Below the pieces are notes generated by a model, which did not search any database, was not told the origin of the DNA, and saw only the letters and a list, made by a program, of their open reading frames with translations. A stretch of 64,000 bases of DNA from Patescibacteria group bacterium (GTDB lineage Bacteria; Patescibacteriota; Patescibacteriia; JACRDY01), in the NCBI GenBank assembly GCA_041650515.1, contig JBAZLA010000002.1, positions 39,572 to 103,571 of the forward strand, in the 5' to 3' direction. Shown here one piece after another: positions 1 through 9,533 of this stretch. Both the position numbers and the translations under genes were made by a program. Numbering within the stretch: position 1 is the first letter of the stretch; each line of letters begins with the position of its first letter.

Positions 1-2047
1 TTGCGCCTTGAAGATCACGTGCGGCACCGGTAAATTGGCTCAAAATTAAAACCCCAGACTCATCGCTCCTGGCAGCCACAAATTCTTTGGCCACCAAGTT
101 CATGCCATCACTTAATGAGGTTACTAAACAAATCTGGGCAGCACGATACAGCGGATAAATTTCTTCATGAGTATGATGCTCTTTTAAAAAAACTATTGGC
201 TGCCAACCATTTTTTTCGAATTTCTGATTTATTCTTTCTGCCTCTTGTGTAACTTCTTCATTAAATTGGCGATATTTTTCCACGCCCTCACGACTAGGTG
301 GCGCAATTTGCAAAAATGTGAATCGTTCTTTATAGGCTGGATAGATATTAAAAAAGAATTCTAAACCTTTAAACCTCTCCAGAATTCCCTTAGTGTAATC
401 TAATCGATCTACGCCGACACCCAAAATTTTAGATTTTAGTTTTAAATCTTCTAACAATTCAGATTTTGGTGCGGTCTTTGTGCTTTCACCATTAGTAAAT
501 GCAACGCTGATGGGGAAAGGTTTAATATAGGCGGTATGGCCTTCGTGAGTGATGGCAAATTTTTCCAGATCAACTAGAGATTCGATCTCTTTACTGACAG
601 TTTCCATAAAATTATTAGAATACTGCTGGGTGTGAAAGCCTAAAACATCGGCCCCGAGCATACCTTTCAAAATCTCCTTTCGCCAAGGACAAATACTAAA
701 CACCTCCGCATTCGGCCATGGAATGTGCCAAAATAGCTCGATCTCGGCATCCGGTCGGCTATCTTTAATCATTTTTGGCAATAAAGCAAAGTGGTAATCT
801 TGGACAAGGATAATCGGTCTAGGTACATCTTTAATTTCTGCCAATAACGCCTGGGCAAATTTATTATTAACCTTCTGATATGTCAGCCAATCATTCTTAC
901 GGAATATGGGCCGAGTATGGGCTATATGACACAGGGGCCATAATGCTTCATTGGAAAATCCCACATAATACTCTTTTATTTCTTTTTCAGTTAACCACAG
1001 ACGTTTTAAAGTGTATTTTGGTTCATCCGGCGGGACTTGAATTTTGTTTTCAGCATCTACCGTCAATTTATCAGCATTACCACTACCATGAGCCAACCAC
1101 AAACCGCCGCAGGCTCCCATAACCGGCTCTAGAGCAGTGACCATGCCGCTCGCTGGCACATCATAACTTATTTCATTTTTAATTTTTTTGTGGATATAGG
1201 GCTCACGATTGGAAACCACAAATATTCGACGATCTTTGAGATAAGCTTTAAAAAACTCCTTCAGTCGTTCCGCCGTCCAGGGCGAATCCAGTTTTTCTAA
1301 ACGCATTCTAGCTTCTTCGCTGGCTGCTGTTCTCGCCGAAATTAGACTCCTGGCTATTTTTGTGATTTCGGTTGCGACTGGCTTAAAAAAACCATAATTT
1401 TTCTGTGCACCAAAATCTTCGTCAATCTTACCACTACGCGCTTGGCGAATTGTTTTAACCATGGTTATTATCGGCTGATAAATAATCCAACGTAAAATCA
1501 ACGCTACAGCAATAGCAAATAATAGTGCCTGGACTAAAAGACGTAATAAATTAGTTTTCCAAATCTGACTAATTGCATCATCAATATAACCAGCCCTTTG
1601 GAATACCGTTAATACTCCTATCACTTTTTCGTCTTGATGCAACGGAGTAGCAAAGACATATACTTTATCGCCACCAGAGGTAGAAAAGTCACCTTCAGCG
1701 CTGTCTAGATCCATCGCCTTTTCTGGTATAGTGACATTCTGAACCAAATCTGGCGGCAGACCGGTCGATGAGGCGAATAAATCGCCCTTATTATCATAAA
1801 CAACTAAACCTAACAAACGCTCTCGCCCCACAAATTTATCAAGCAAATCTTGTAAAGTGGCAGTAGTATTACTCAAATATGAAGGTTTAATAGATTCTTT
1901 AAGGCTGTCAGCTAAAAGTGTAGTCCGACGCTGCAAGTCATCCACTAATGATGTCTGCTGCTGACGGACTTGCCAGAAAGTAAAACCTAGCACTACTAGA
2001 CTAACGATTATTACCACAGCTATGATGGAGGCAAAAAACTGTCTCAT
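1..2047 (-). CDS. Membrane-anchored sensor domain fused to a GT20 trehalose-6-phosphate synthase (OtsA-like). It is partial: the C-terminus runs off the window start.
   Basis: Hand translation of the minus strand from the ATG at 2045-2047 gives TM1, a ~150-aa extracytoplasmic segment, TM2, then a GT20 core with VVSNREPY, GACGGLW, WHIPWP, GVDRLDYTKGI and SDGMNLVAKEFVAA motifs. The frame was checked at three points. It is missing from the ORF track because it is truncated at the window edge. Confidence 0.75.
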   Translation of the reverse strand, partial: MRQFFASIIAVVIIVSLVVLGFTFWQVRQQQTSLVDDLQRRTTLLADSLKESIKPSYLSNTTATLQDLLDKFVGRERLLGLVVYDNKGDLFASSTGLPPDLVQNVTIPEKAMDLDSAEGDFSTSGGDKVYVFATPLHQDEKVIGVLTVFQRAGYIDDAISQIWKTNLLRLLVQALLFAIAVALILRWIIYQPIITMVKTIRQARSGKIDEDFGAQKNYGFFKPVATEITKIARSLISARTAASEEARMRLEKLDSPWTAERLKEFFKAYLKDRRIFVVSNREPYIHKKIKNEISYDVPASGMVTALEPVMGACGGLWLAHGSGNADKLTVDAENKIQVPPDEPKYTLKRLWLTEKEIKEYYVGFSNEALWPLCHIAHTRPIFRKNDWLTYQKVNNKFAQALLAEIKDVPRPIILVQDYHFALLPKMIKDSRPDAEIELFWHIPWPNAEVFSICPWRKEILKGMLGADVLGFHTQQYSNNFMETVSKEIESLVDLEKFAITHEGHTAYIKPFPISVAFTNGESTKTAPKSELLEDLKLKSKILGVGVDRLDYTKGILERFKGLEFFFNIYPAYKERFTFLQIAPPSREGVEKYRQFNEEVTQEAERINQKFEKNGWQPIVFLKEHHTHEEIYPLYRAAQICLVTSLSDGMNLVAKEFVAARSDESGVLILSQFTGAARDLQGA

Positions 2048-2155
2048 GAATTTTAACTTAAAACAATTAAAATAAATACTGCCCAAAGATAACCATATAT
2101 AATTGCATTATACCAAAAAACCGCCTTTTCGGCGATTTTTAAGCTCATCTAGCTC

Positions 2156-3784
2156 TCAAGATAAGGGTTGTATATTCTCTAAACTATTATTAATCACCTT
2201 AATCAAATCCTTTGGCTCGGTATTGCCTTTAAACACATAAGCCGCGGCACCCAACTTTTTGGCTTTTTCGCGGTCTTGATCAGTATTAAGATTGGTAAAA
2301 ATAATCACAGGAATTTTTGATATCGCCGGATCTTTTTTAGCTGCCTCCAAAAAACTCCAACCTTGTTCGGCAACGGTATAAACCGAACCATCTTCCCTCT
2401 TCTGGGGTAAAATGATATCTAACAAAACCACATCGACGGAGACTTCTCTCAACTTAGCCAAAGCGGTTTTAACATCTGACACTGAATAAAAATTAAAACC
2501 GTGGCTTCTCAAATAGGAGTCATACATTTCAACTAACAACTGCTGATCTTCAATCAGAAGAATACTGGGACGCTGTTTAGCCTTAGCTACGGTGTTCTTA
2601 CTGTTTCTTACTCCTACCTTAAACTGGGCGGCTAAAACCTTTTCTTTAGTTTCCGCTTGACCAGTAGAAATCGGCAAAATAAAGCTAAAAGTCGTACCCT
2701 TACCAATTTCAGTTTTTTCTAACTCTAATTTTCCACCGCAGCCACCCACAACTTTTTGAGCAATATATAGACCCAAGCCCGATCCATCGGGATGTAAATT
2801 ATTGGCGCTATCGCCACGGGAAAACTTGCGAAACATTCTTTTTTGATCATCGAGCGATATACCGGCACCAGTATCTGTAACAAAAACTTTCAGATACTCA
2901 CTAGTATTTTGTTTAACTTTGCCGAGTGAAACAGTCACACTACCAGCCGGTGTATAAAAAATAGCATTATCTAATAGATTAGAAATTACGTGAACAATCT
3001 TTTTGGGATCACAAAAAACTTTAGGCACCTCAAAAGATGGCTTCTGATAAACCAATTTGATTTTCCTTTCTTGAGTAATCTTTAACAATCGCTTAGTATC
3101 AACTTGATCATTAATAATCCGTTCGATATCGACAACGGCGAAGTTAGCTTGCATCTCTTGACCTTCCAGCTCAAAAGCATCCCAAAAATCTTGAATTGTA
3201 TTACTCATCGCTTCTAAACCCGAACCCAAATATATCAATGCCTGTTTTGGCGGCAAAGTCTTTTCCTGCAACATCGAATAGGCGCTGCGCATCACTGATA
3301 GCGGCGTATTGAGCTGATGATTAACTACCCGCAAAAAATCTGACTTCATGCCTAGCAACTCTTCAAGATGCTTGTTTTTATCACTAATTCTGCTGGTCTG
3401 TTCGGCCACTTTACTTTCTAGATTATCAGTCAATTCTTTTAGAGCATCGGTTGCTCTTTTTAAGGAAAAATTGGCTTTGATAATTCTCTCAGTACTACGG
3501 TTAAAAAAATAACCGTAGACAATGACCAGAATAAAAACTGTGATCACTACCAACCAGGAGAGTCTTTTCTCAATCAAAATAAAGAGTATAAAAGCCAACG
3601 CTATTAAGAATAAACTAATGACTTGATATTGGAGGAAGAGACAACGGCGAAATTTAAATTCGCAGTACTGACAACGCCGGTATGGAGCATAGCCCAAATT
3701 TTTTACCAGCCAACAATCATTGTTGCGATAATCATCACCACCAATTTTTTTACCACCGTTTTGATTTTTATCAGCCTCCACCAT
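2156..3784 (-). CDS. Hybrid sensor histidine kinase with a C-terminal receiver (REC) domain
   Basis: 542 aa with an N-terminal Cys4 stretch (CWLVKN..RRCQYCEFKFRRC), two TM helices, a coiled coil, a HisKA-like phospho-acceptor His region (VVNHQLNTPL) and an HATPase_c domain (TDTGAGI, GLGLYIAQ). The REC domain carries LLIEDQ and VLLDIILP. Confidence 0.85.
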   Translation of the reverse strand: MVEADKNQNGGKKIGGDDYRNNDCWLVKNLGYAPYRRCQYCEFKFRRCLFLQYQVISLFLIALAFILFILIEKRLSWLVVITVFILVIVYGYFFNRSTERIIKANFSLKRATDALKELTDNLESKVAEQTSRISDKNKHLEELLGMKSDFLRVVNHQLNTPLSVMRSAYSMLQEKTLPPKQALIYLGSGLEAMSNTIQDFWDAFELEGQEMQANFAVVDIERIINDQVDTKRLLKITQERKIKLVYQKPSFEVPKVFCDPKKIVHVISNLLDNAIFYTPAGSVTVSLGKVKQNTSEYLKVFVTDTGAGISLDDQKRMFRKFSRGDSANNLHPDGSGLGLYIAQKVVGGCGGKLELEKTEIGKGTTFSFILPISTGQAETKEKVLAAQFKVGVRNSKNTVAKAKQRPSILLIEDQQLLVEMYDSYLRSHGFNFYSVSDVKTALAKLREVSVDVVLLDIILPQKREDGSVYTVAEQGWSFLEAAKKDPAISKIPVIIFTNLNTDQDREKAKKLGAAAYVFKGNTEPKDLIKVINNSLENIQPLS

Positions 3785-3803
3785 ATCTAATAGTTAGACG
3801 TTT

Positions 3804-4229
3804 CTATGGATTATTTTTACTGAGTAACTTCTTGAATAAAACGTACATCAAGGTCGCCACGCAAAAACCAACAAAACAAGCCAAAAATATCAATAGATCC
3901 ACGACTAAGATATAAATCCAGGCAAATTCAACAAATTTGCCGAAATAGAGAAACAAAAAACCAATCAGCAGGAGTGCCCCGGTCATGCCGGCGACGAAAC
4001 CTAGCTCTCCCGAATCTTTCTGAACTGATGATAGGCCGCCTTTTTTAAAAACTAAAACGTGGAATTGATAAGGAATATTGAGTTTTAAAGATAAAGCTCC
4101 CACAATTGTCAAAAGGCCAGCCGCTAAAACCAGCCACTGATTATGAATTAAAAAAGCAACCAAAACCAAAATTCCATAAGTGGCCCGAGAGAATCTCAAC
4201 GACTTGTCATAAATTGAACATTGTTGCAT
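3804..4229 (-). CDS. Hypothetical integral membrane protein (about 4 TM helices)
   Basis: 141-aa ORF that is hydrophobic throughout. No recognisable catalytic motif. Confidence 0.5.
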   Translation of the reverse strand: MQQCSIYDKSLRFSRATYGILVLVAFLIHNQWLVLAAGLLTIVGALSLKLNIPYQFHVLVFKKGGLSSVQKDSGELGFVAGMTGALLLIGFLFLYFGKFVEFAWIYILVVDLLIFLACFVGFCVATLMYVLFKKLLSKNNP

Positions 4230-4257
4230 GTTTTTTAGAATTAATTTTATTTATATT

Positions 4258-5589
4258 TTACTTATTATTCTCAATAATTTTTTTTACAGCCAGGCATGCT
4301 TGTCTAACATCTTTAATATCATTATAAATGTAAAAGCTCAGTCGGCAACTAGCTGGAGGGTCCAACTTATAATAATGATGCGCTAGAGTGGCACAATGAC
4401 AGCCAGCTCTGGATTCTACACCCAACTTGCTTAACTCCTCGGCAATTTTGAAAGGATCTTTATCTTTATGAGTAAAAGCAACTAAAGAAGTTCTGCCCTC
4501 AAAATTTTTGGGACCAAAAATATTTAATGACGGGATTTCGCCTAATATTTTTAGTGCCTCACTAATCAAAGCTTTTTCGTGAGATTCAATATTTTCCATC
4601 GCCTTTTTAACATCCGAGGCTTCTATTTTTTTATCCGTCATAAAATATCGATATTTTCCCGGATTTAAAGAAAAATCCATCAATAGTCTCAGGGCTTGAG
4701 CGGAAAGAATCGTTCCCAAAATATTGGGCGTTCCGGCCGTAAATTTCCAAGGTAATAAATTATAGCCAACTTTTTCTGGACTCACTTGTCCTTCGGCAAT
4801 CATATCGCCACCGTAAAGAAACGGCCGCATCTTTTCTAGGAGTTCTTCTCTGGCGTACAAAGCGCCGACACCAAAAGGCGCTAACATTTTATGAAAAGAC
4901 CAAGCAAAAAAATCTACCCCCAATTCACTAACATTAACAAAAGTGTTAGGGACAACTTGAGCGCCATCAATTAAAAAATAAGATTTTTTTTCGCCATTCG
5001 GTTGAAGGTAGCCGCTAGCATCAGCGATCTCCCTGATTTTCCTGATCGGAATTTTAGTGCCTAAAAAATTTGAGGCGCCAGTGCAACAGACTATTTTAGT
5101 CCGATTGTCGACCAAAGATTTTAAATGATTCAAATCAAGCTCGCCGGTCTCTTTATCAAATTTAGCTAGCCGACATTCAACATTGACTCCGAACTTAGGC
5201 AATATTTCCTTACACAACCCGTACCAAGGAACATAATTAGAATTATGTTCCATCAAGGTGGTGACTAAATTGTCGCCATCTTTAAATTCAGTCATCAAAG
5301 AATACATGACCGAATTAATTGCCTCGGTGGCATTGCGATATAAGATAATATTTTTCCGAGAAGGAGCACCGATAAACTGGGCGATGGTGTCATAAGAAGA
5401 TTCAAACTTCTCGGTAGTTAGAAGCGAAGACTCTGCCTGACCCCGATGGACATTATCATACTGGACTATAAGCTTCTTAAATAAATCCAAAAGCTGAGCC
5501 GGAACCTGAGTACTAGCTGCATTATTAGAAACTACCCTCCCCGCCTTGATGGCCGGGAAAAATTTCCTGATCTTTTTTGTATTAATCAT
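4258..5589 (-). CDS. Cysteine desulfurase, class V aminotransferase (SufS/CsdA-like)
   Basis: 443 aa. PLP-lysine context SFHKMLAPFGVGALY and active-site Cys context RAGCHCA, typical of SufS-type desulfurases. Confidence 0.85.
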   Translation of the reverse strand: MINTKKIRKFFPAIKAGRVVSNNAASTQVPAQLLDLFKKLIVQYDNVHRGQAESSLLTTEKFESSYDTIAQFIGAPSRKNIILYRNATEAINSVMYSLMTEFKDGDNLVTTLMEHNSNYVPWYGLCKEILPKFGVNVECRLAKFDKETGELDLNHLKSLVDNRTKIVCCTGASNFLGTKIPIRKIREIADASGYLQPNGEKKSYFLIDGAQVVPNTFVNVSELGVDFFAWSFHKMLAPFGVGALYAREELLEKMRPFLYGGDMIAEGQVSPEKVGYNLLPWKFTAGTPNILGTILSAQALRLLMDFSLNPGKYRYFMTDKKIEASDVKKAMENIESHEKALISEALKILGEIPSLNIFGPKNFEGRTSLVAFTHKDKDPFKIAEELSKLGVESRAGCHCATLAHHYYKLDPPASCRLSFYIYNDIKDVRQACLAVKKIIENNK

Positions 5590-5611
5590 AAACCGTGCTC
5601 TGACCGAATTT

Positions 5612-5647
5612 ACTTCAAATTATAGCATAACTTCAAATTATAGCATA
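5612..5647. repeat. Perfect 18-bp tandem duplication (acttcaaattatagcata x2), each copy containing a TATAAT box in minus orientation, immediately upstream of the desulfurase start
   Basis: Direct reading of the sequence. Confidence 0.7.
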
Positions 5648-5744
5648 TTCTCAAAGTCAAAACAATAAAACAAATTAAGATACTCAAAATCTTGACATAT
5701 TTGAATAATAATGGTACCAATAAAATACCAAACAGGAGGATGCG

Positions 5745-5933
5745 ATGAAAACGTTGAAGATCATCATGATTCTGATCGCGGTCGTGGTTGGACTCGTTGT
5801 CGGCCTTACCTCCGGCAACTGGATCGCCGGCCTGCTGGTCGGCGCGATCTTCTTCGGCCTCTGGGCCTTCATGACCCACAAGGGCTGGTGTCCCCTTTGC
5901 CGCTATGTCGCGGCCAAAGAGAAAAAGCGGTAA
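5745..5933 (+). CDS. Small GC3-rich two-TM membrane protein (62 aa), possibly horizontally acquired
   Basis: AGGAGG lies 6 nt before the ATG. Third codon positions are almost all G or C, unlike the flanking genes. The product is hydrophobic with a C-terminal CPLC motif. The overlapping ORFs 5610..5879, 5684..5881 and 5711..5971 are regarded as artefacts of the high GC content. Confidence 0.5.
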   Translation: MKTLKIIMILIAVVVGLVVGLTSGNWIAGLLVGAIFFGLWAFMTHKGWCPLCRYVAAKEKKR

Positions 5934-5996
5934 AAAAACCGCTTCTCCACACTTACCTACTACCGCCTTAGAGCCTATCAGCTCGGCGGTTTTTTT
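5932..5996 (+). terminator. A7-CCGC ... GCGG-T7 inverted repeat enclosing a ~45-nt loop. Putative terminator or structured 3' end of the small ORF.
   Basis: AAAAAAACCGC at 5932-5942 is complementary to GCGGTTTTTTT at 5986-5996. Confidence 0.35.
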
Positions 5997-6134
5997 ATAA
6001 ACGTTCCTTAGCCTTAACTATCTACTAAAAAAACGCCTGGCGAGCGATCTTTTGATTGCCCTTTCGGGTAAAGTTTATTATTAAGTATTATTATCGACTT
6101 TGACCCAAAATGCATTACTCCCAAAGCAACGGCT

Positions 6135-6467
6135 TTATAATTCACAGATATCACTCATCTCTGAACAAGCGACAGAACTCAAAATACAGCTAATTTTGTT
6201 GGCGCTCCAATCAGCGCACTCTTCCAGACAAGTGTTTAAACCATCTTCGAATAAAACATGGTCAGCGTTGGGGACTAAAGTTAAACATTTGTTCACATAG
6301 TTGGCACAAGCGGCTTCGCAATCGTTACCGCTAAGCGGTAAATTTGTCTCCTCGGCGGCTGGTGTTAGATCATTAATCGGACGATCGGACGCGCTTTTGA
6401 CACAACCACTGAGAAACAATGCTCCGACTACCAGCATTAGTCCCAGGGTTAAAATTTTTTTGGTCAT
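6135..6467 (-). CDS. Cys-rich secreted lipoprotein
   Basis: Signal peptide with lipobox (LFLSGC). The mature part has 8 cysteines. Confidence 0.6.
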   Translation of the reverse strand: MTKKILTLGLMLVVGALFLSGCVKSASDRPINDLTPAAEETNLPLSGNDCEAACANYVNKCLTLVPNADHVLFEDGLNTCLEECADWSANKISCILSSVACSEMSDICEL

Positions 6468-6560
6468 CCATTTTTAATTAATTTATAAATAGATTTAACT
6501 ATTATATCAAAAAACCGTTTTTAGAGCGATTGCTATTTATATAAACTGAGTACGCCGCGA

Positions 6561-7256
6561 CTACAATTTGACCACTATAGCTTGGGTGAACGACAATTCT
6601 ATTATCCCTTCCGGCTTATCAGCCATAAATTCATTAAAAGCTTGCCGCACGCCAGCAGCTTGAGCGTAATCGTGAGTTAAAATAATTCCTCCCGGCACAG
6701 TTCGGTCATAAAAAAATTCTAAGGCCGCTTTAGTACTGACATAAACATCAACGTCGAGATGAACAAAAGCAAACTTTTTATCCTTTATGGGGCCAGAAGT
6801 GGCTGGAAATACCCCCTGGTATGTTTTTACATTAGAATAACCGGCTAAACGCTTTTTGACACTTTCTTCACTGGCAACAAACATATTTTTGTGAAATCGG
6901 CCATCGTTGCCGCCGACCTCGGGTATGCCTGAAAAAGTATCAAATAAGTATAAATTTCTATCGCCCTTTACTCGGCAGATTACTTTAGCTGAAGTGCCGT
7001 TATAGACGCCGACTTCGGCGAAATCACCTCCCAGTTTAGTACAGGCCTGGGCAATAGAATAAATATGGAATATTTCACTGGGCTTAAAAAGGAAATGGCC
7101 TTCTTTTCTTAGTTCATTTATCATCTCTAAAATTTTCTTGTCTTTGTACGGTTTCATTAATAAAAGCTCGACCGACGAAAAAAGATGATTACCCAGCCGG
7201 CCGATCCAAGTGGCAAAAAAGTGTCGATGGATGAAATCACTTAATGGCTTCGACAT
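6561..7256 (-). CDS. TylF/MycF-family (macrocin-O-methyltransferase-like) class I SAM-dependent methyltransferase
   Basis: 231 aa with AEVGVYNG and LYLFDTFSG motifs. HLDVDVYVSTKAALEFFY and GGIIL match the TylF fold signature. Confidence 0.7.
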   Translation of the reverse strand: MSKPLSDFIHRHFFATWIGRLGNHLFSSVELLLMKPYKDKKILEMINELRKEGHFLFKPSEIFHIYSIAQACTKLGGDFAEVGVYNGTSAKVICRVKGDRNLYLFDTFSGIPEVGGNDGRFHKNMFVASEESVKKRLAGYSNVKTYQGVFPATSGPIKDKKFAFVHLDVDVYVSTKAALEFFYDRTVPGGIILTHDYAQAAGVRQAFNEFMADKPEGIIELSFTQAIVVKL

Positions 7257-7372
7257 ATTCTAAGAGTATATCAAAAAGCCACCCAAACTTATAGGTGATC
7301 TTTTGTTCCAGAGAATCTGAAAAGATGTATTAAAATTCGAGCCGGACACCATACTCGGAGATATAATATTAA

Positions 7373-8218
7373 TTATTTTATCAATAAAGATAGGACTAAA
7401 ATTAATAAGGCCGTTATTACTTTCCTAGTAGTAACTTTTTCGCGCAAAAATATTGCGCCAAAAATAAAAACAAAAATTGGCGTAATGTTACCGAGCGTGA
7501 TGGTCACCCCAGCATTACCTCGAGAGAGCGCAAAATAGAGTAATAACCATTGTACTATCACAAAAAGACTTCTAACAAAAATTAACCTGTATTGTTTAAT
7601 GGATATCTCTTTTATAGGAAACCTAAAAAACAATAGGGCGAATAAAGCGATTATCCCCGCTCGATACATGTACAATGTGGGGGCGTTTATGGCATGTAAT
7701 GTACTAAGTAGTGCCTTAGAAGGGATAGCCGAAATACCAAATAATATTGAAGCTAATATGGCTGGAGATAATGTTGCTGTTTTAAATTCTTTAAAGTCTT
7801 TAAAATTAGTAGAGAAAAATATTACTAATACTATTATAATAATGGAGATAATATAAGTACTAACAGATACGACGTCACCTAATAGAAACCAGCCAAAAAT
7901 AAAAGTAAATCCAGGAGCGAGTGACAAAATTGGTGTAGCTACGCTGGCTTCTGTCTTTTCAAAAGTCTTAAAATAAAAAAAATTAGCCAGCACGTCAATT
8001 GAACTAACTAATAAAATCAGAAAAAGCGTGTATCTAGTAGCATTAAAATAATAAAAAGTCGGAGAAAATAATACTAGAATCGCTCCCATGGTCAAAAAAT
8101 TTATACCAATAATATCTTTCGACCTTAAATTTTCTTTTAAGAGAACGCGCGCTAATATATTAGCAATAGCGGCAAAAAAAGCTGAGCCTAAAGCAACAAT
8201 TGTAAAGTTAATACTCAT
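7373..8218 (-). CDS. EamA/DMT-family transporter (10 TM)
   Basis: 281 aa with two halves of five helices each, typical of drug/metabolite transporters. Confidence 0.7.
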   Translation of the reverse strand: MSINFTIVALGSAFFAAIANILARVLLKENLRSKDIIGINFLTMGAILVLFSPTFYYFNATRYTLFLILLVSSIDVLANFFYFKTFEKTEASVATPILSLAPGFTFIFGWFLLGDVVSVSTYIISIIIIVLVIFFSTNFKDFKEFKTATLSPAILASILFGISAIPSKALLSTLHAINAPTLYMYRAGIIALFALLFFRFPIKEISIKQYRLIFVRSLFVIVQWLLLYFALSRGNAGVTITLGNITPIFVFIFGAIFLREKVTTRKVITALLILVLSLLIK

Positions 8219-8230
8219 CCAAAAAAACTT

Positions 8231-9328
8231 TTATATTAGTTCATTTTCGATATTTACCTCACCATGCAAGTCTTCCAACATTTTTTGTTTAATCTGTTCG
8301 TAGCTAAATTTTTGAGCTAATAGCCAAGCAAGCTTAGTGGTCATAGATTCAATACTCATGTCATAAGCAGGAATAGCTAAGTCTCTATCCTTCAAAAACT
8401 TGCCTGATTCGTTTACCTGAAAACTAGCCACTCCCTGCGGGGCTTGAGATGTCACCACAATAGGAATATTTTTTTCTTTTAAATATTCGAATCCTTTCAT
8501 TATATGCATACTGGCGTCGCCGGCACCAAAAGCTCTAAAAATAAAAGCCTTCACTCCATTATTTTCGACCAACGTCCGAAAAATGTTGGGTGACATGCCG
8601 GGAAATTCTGTTAATGAGGCAATACTAGCGGTATCAAAATCTTTTTTCACGCTTAGTACGCGTGATTGTATCGCCAACGGTTTTACTTTAGATAAATAAG
8701 AAATATGCTTTTCTAGAGCCGGCTCGGATATTCTGATAAACCTTCCGATTTGACCCAGAGCACCAGTGATGAAAGAAGCAAATGGATCATAATCAAAATC
8801 TGTACCCTTCTTTACCCTAACGCCAGATATAATCTTACTACCAAAAACGGCCATCACGCCTTTTATCGGATGATAGCCCCAGACAGCCAATCGTAGAGAG
8901 TTAACAAGATTAGTCGTAGCATCAGAACCTAAATAACCCAGGGGCACCTGTGCACCGGTTAAAATAACCGGTTTATTAATATTTTCCAATGCAAAAGACA
9001 ACGCCGCCGCGGTGTAGCCCATAGTATTGGTTCCGTGGAGTATTATAAAAGAATCAAAATCATCATACGACTCAGCTATTTTAGCGGCTAATGTCGACCA
9101 GTTTTCCGGAAGTATATCGGAACTATCAACGTTAAACAACTCGACAATTTCCGGCTTAATCTCGATACTCCAATTTCTTTTTACAATTTCTATAGAAGCT
9201 TCTAGGGTTGCGCGAAAACTGTCAGGACTAGACATTTTTTTCTCAGCCACATCATTAGTTGCAACATTCCCGGCGATTGTTCCTCCAGTTAAAATAAGCA
9301 AAATTCTTTTTTGGGTATAATTAGCCAT
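8231..9328 (-). CDS. L-asparaginase (type I/GatD-like)
   Basis: ILLILTGGTIAG (the TGGTIAG threonine motif) and ILHGTNTMGYTAAALS (the HGTDTM-like motif). Confidence 0.8.
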   Translation of the reverse strand: MANYTQKRILLILTGGTIAGNVATNDVAEKKMSSPDSFRATLEASIEIVKRNWSIEIKPEIVELFNVDSSDILPENWSTLAAKIAESYDDFDSFIILHGTNTMGYTAAALSFALENINKPVILTGAQVPLGYLGSDATTNLVNSLRLAVWGYHPIKGVMAVFGSKIISGVRVKKGTDFDYDPFASFITGALGQIGRFIRISEPALEKHISYLSKVKPLAIQSRVLSVKKDFDTASIASLTEFPGMSPNIFRTLVENNGVKAFIFRAFGAGDASMHIMKGFEYLKEKNIPIVVTSQAPQGVASFQVNESGKFLKDRDLAIPAYDMSIESMTTKLAWLLAQKFSYEQIKQKMLEDLHGEVNIENELI

Positions 9329-9533
9329 ATTTCTATCATTATATTAGATAAATTATCTTTAAATATAATAATCCTAATTTATCTAAATTGCAAATTAACC
9401 AAGCCAAAAAAATAAATCAAAAAATCGCCTAAATTTATAGACGATTTTCTGGTTATCTAATTACCGAACTCGCGGGGCACTCGGGTCTGGAACCACAAAG
9501 GGCACCCCACCGGGTCTCGATACTTTTTTTCTT

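Noticed and set aside
880-1122. 80-aa plus-strand ORF
   Set aside because: It is antisense within the OtsA-like coding region, which has clear GT20 motifs on the minus strand.
5610-5971. Three further ORFs (5610..5879 -, 5684..5881 -, 5711..5971 +) overlapping the small GC-rich gene
   Set aside because: High GC content creates long open frames on all strands. Only 5745..5933 has an AGGAGG ribosome-binding site, a hydrophobic product and GC3-biased codons in frame.
9440-9533. G-rich segment downstream of tRNA-Glu (cgcggggcactcgggtctgg...gggcaccccaccgggtctcg) as a second tRNA or hairpin
   Set aside because: It contains direct repeats (GGGCAC, CGGGTCT) rather than inverted repeats, has no T-arm, and no stable stem could be drawn.
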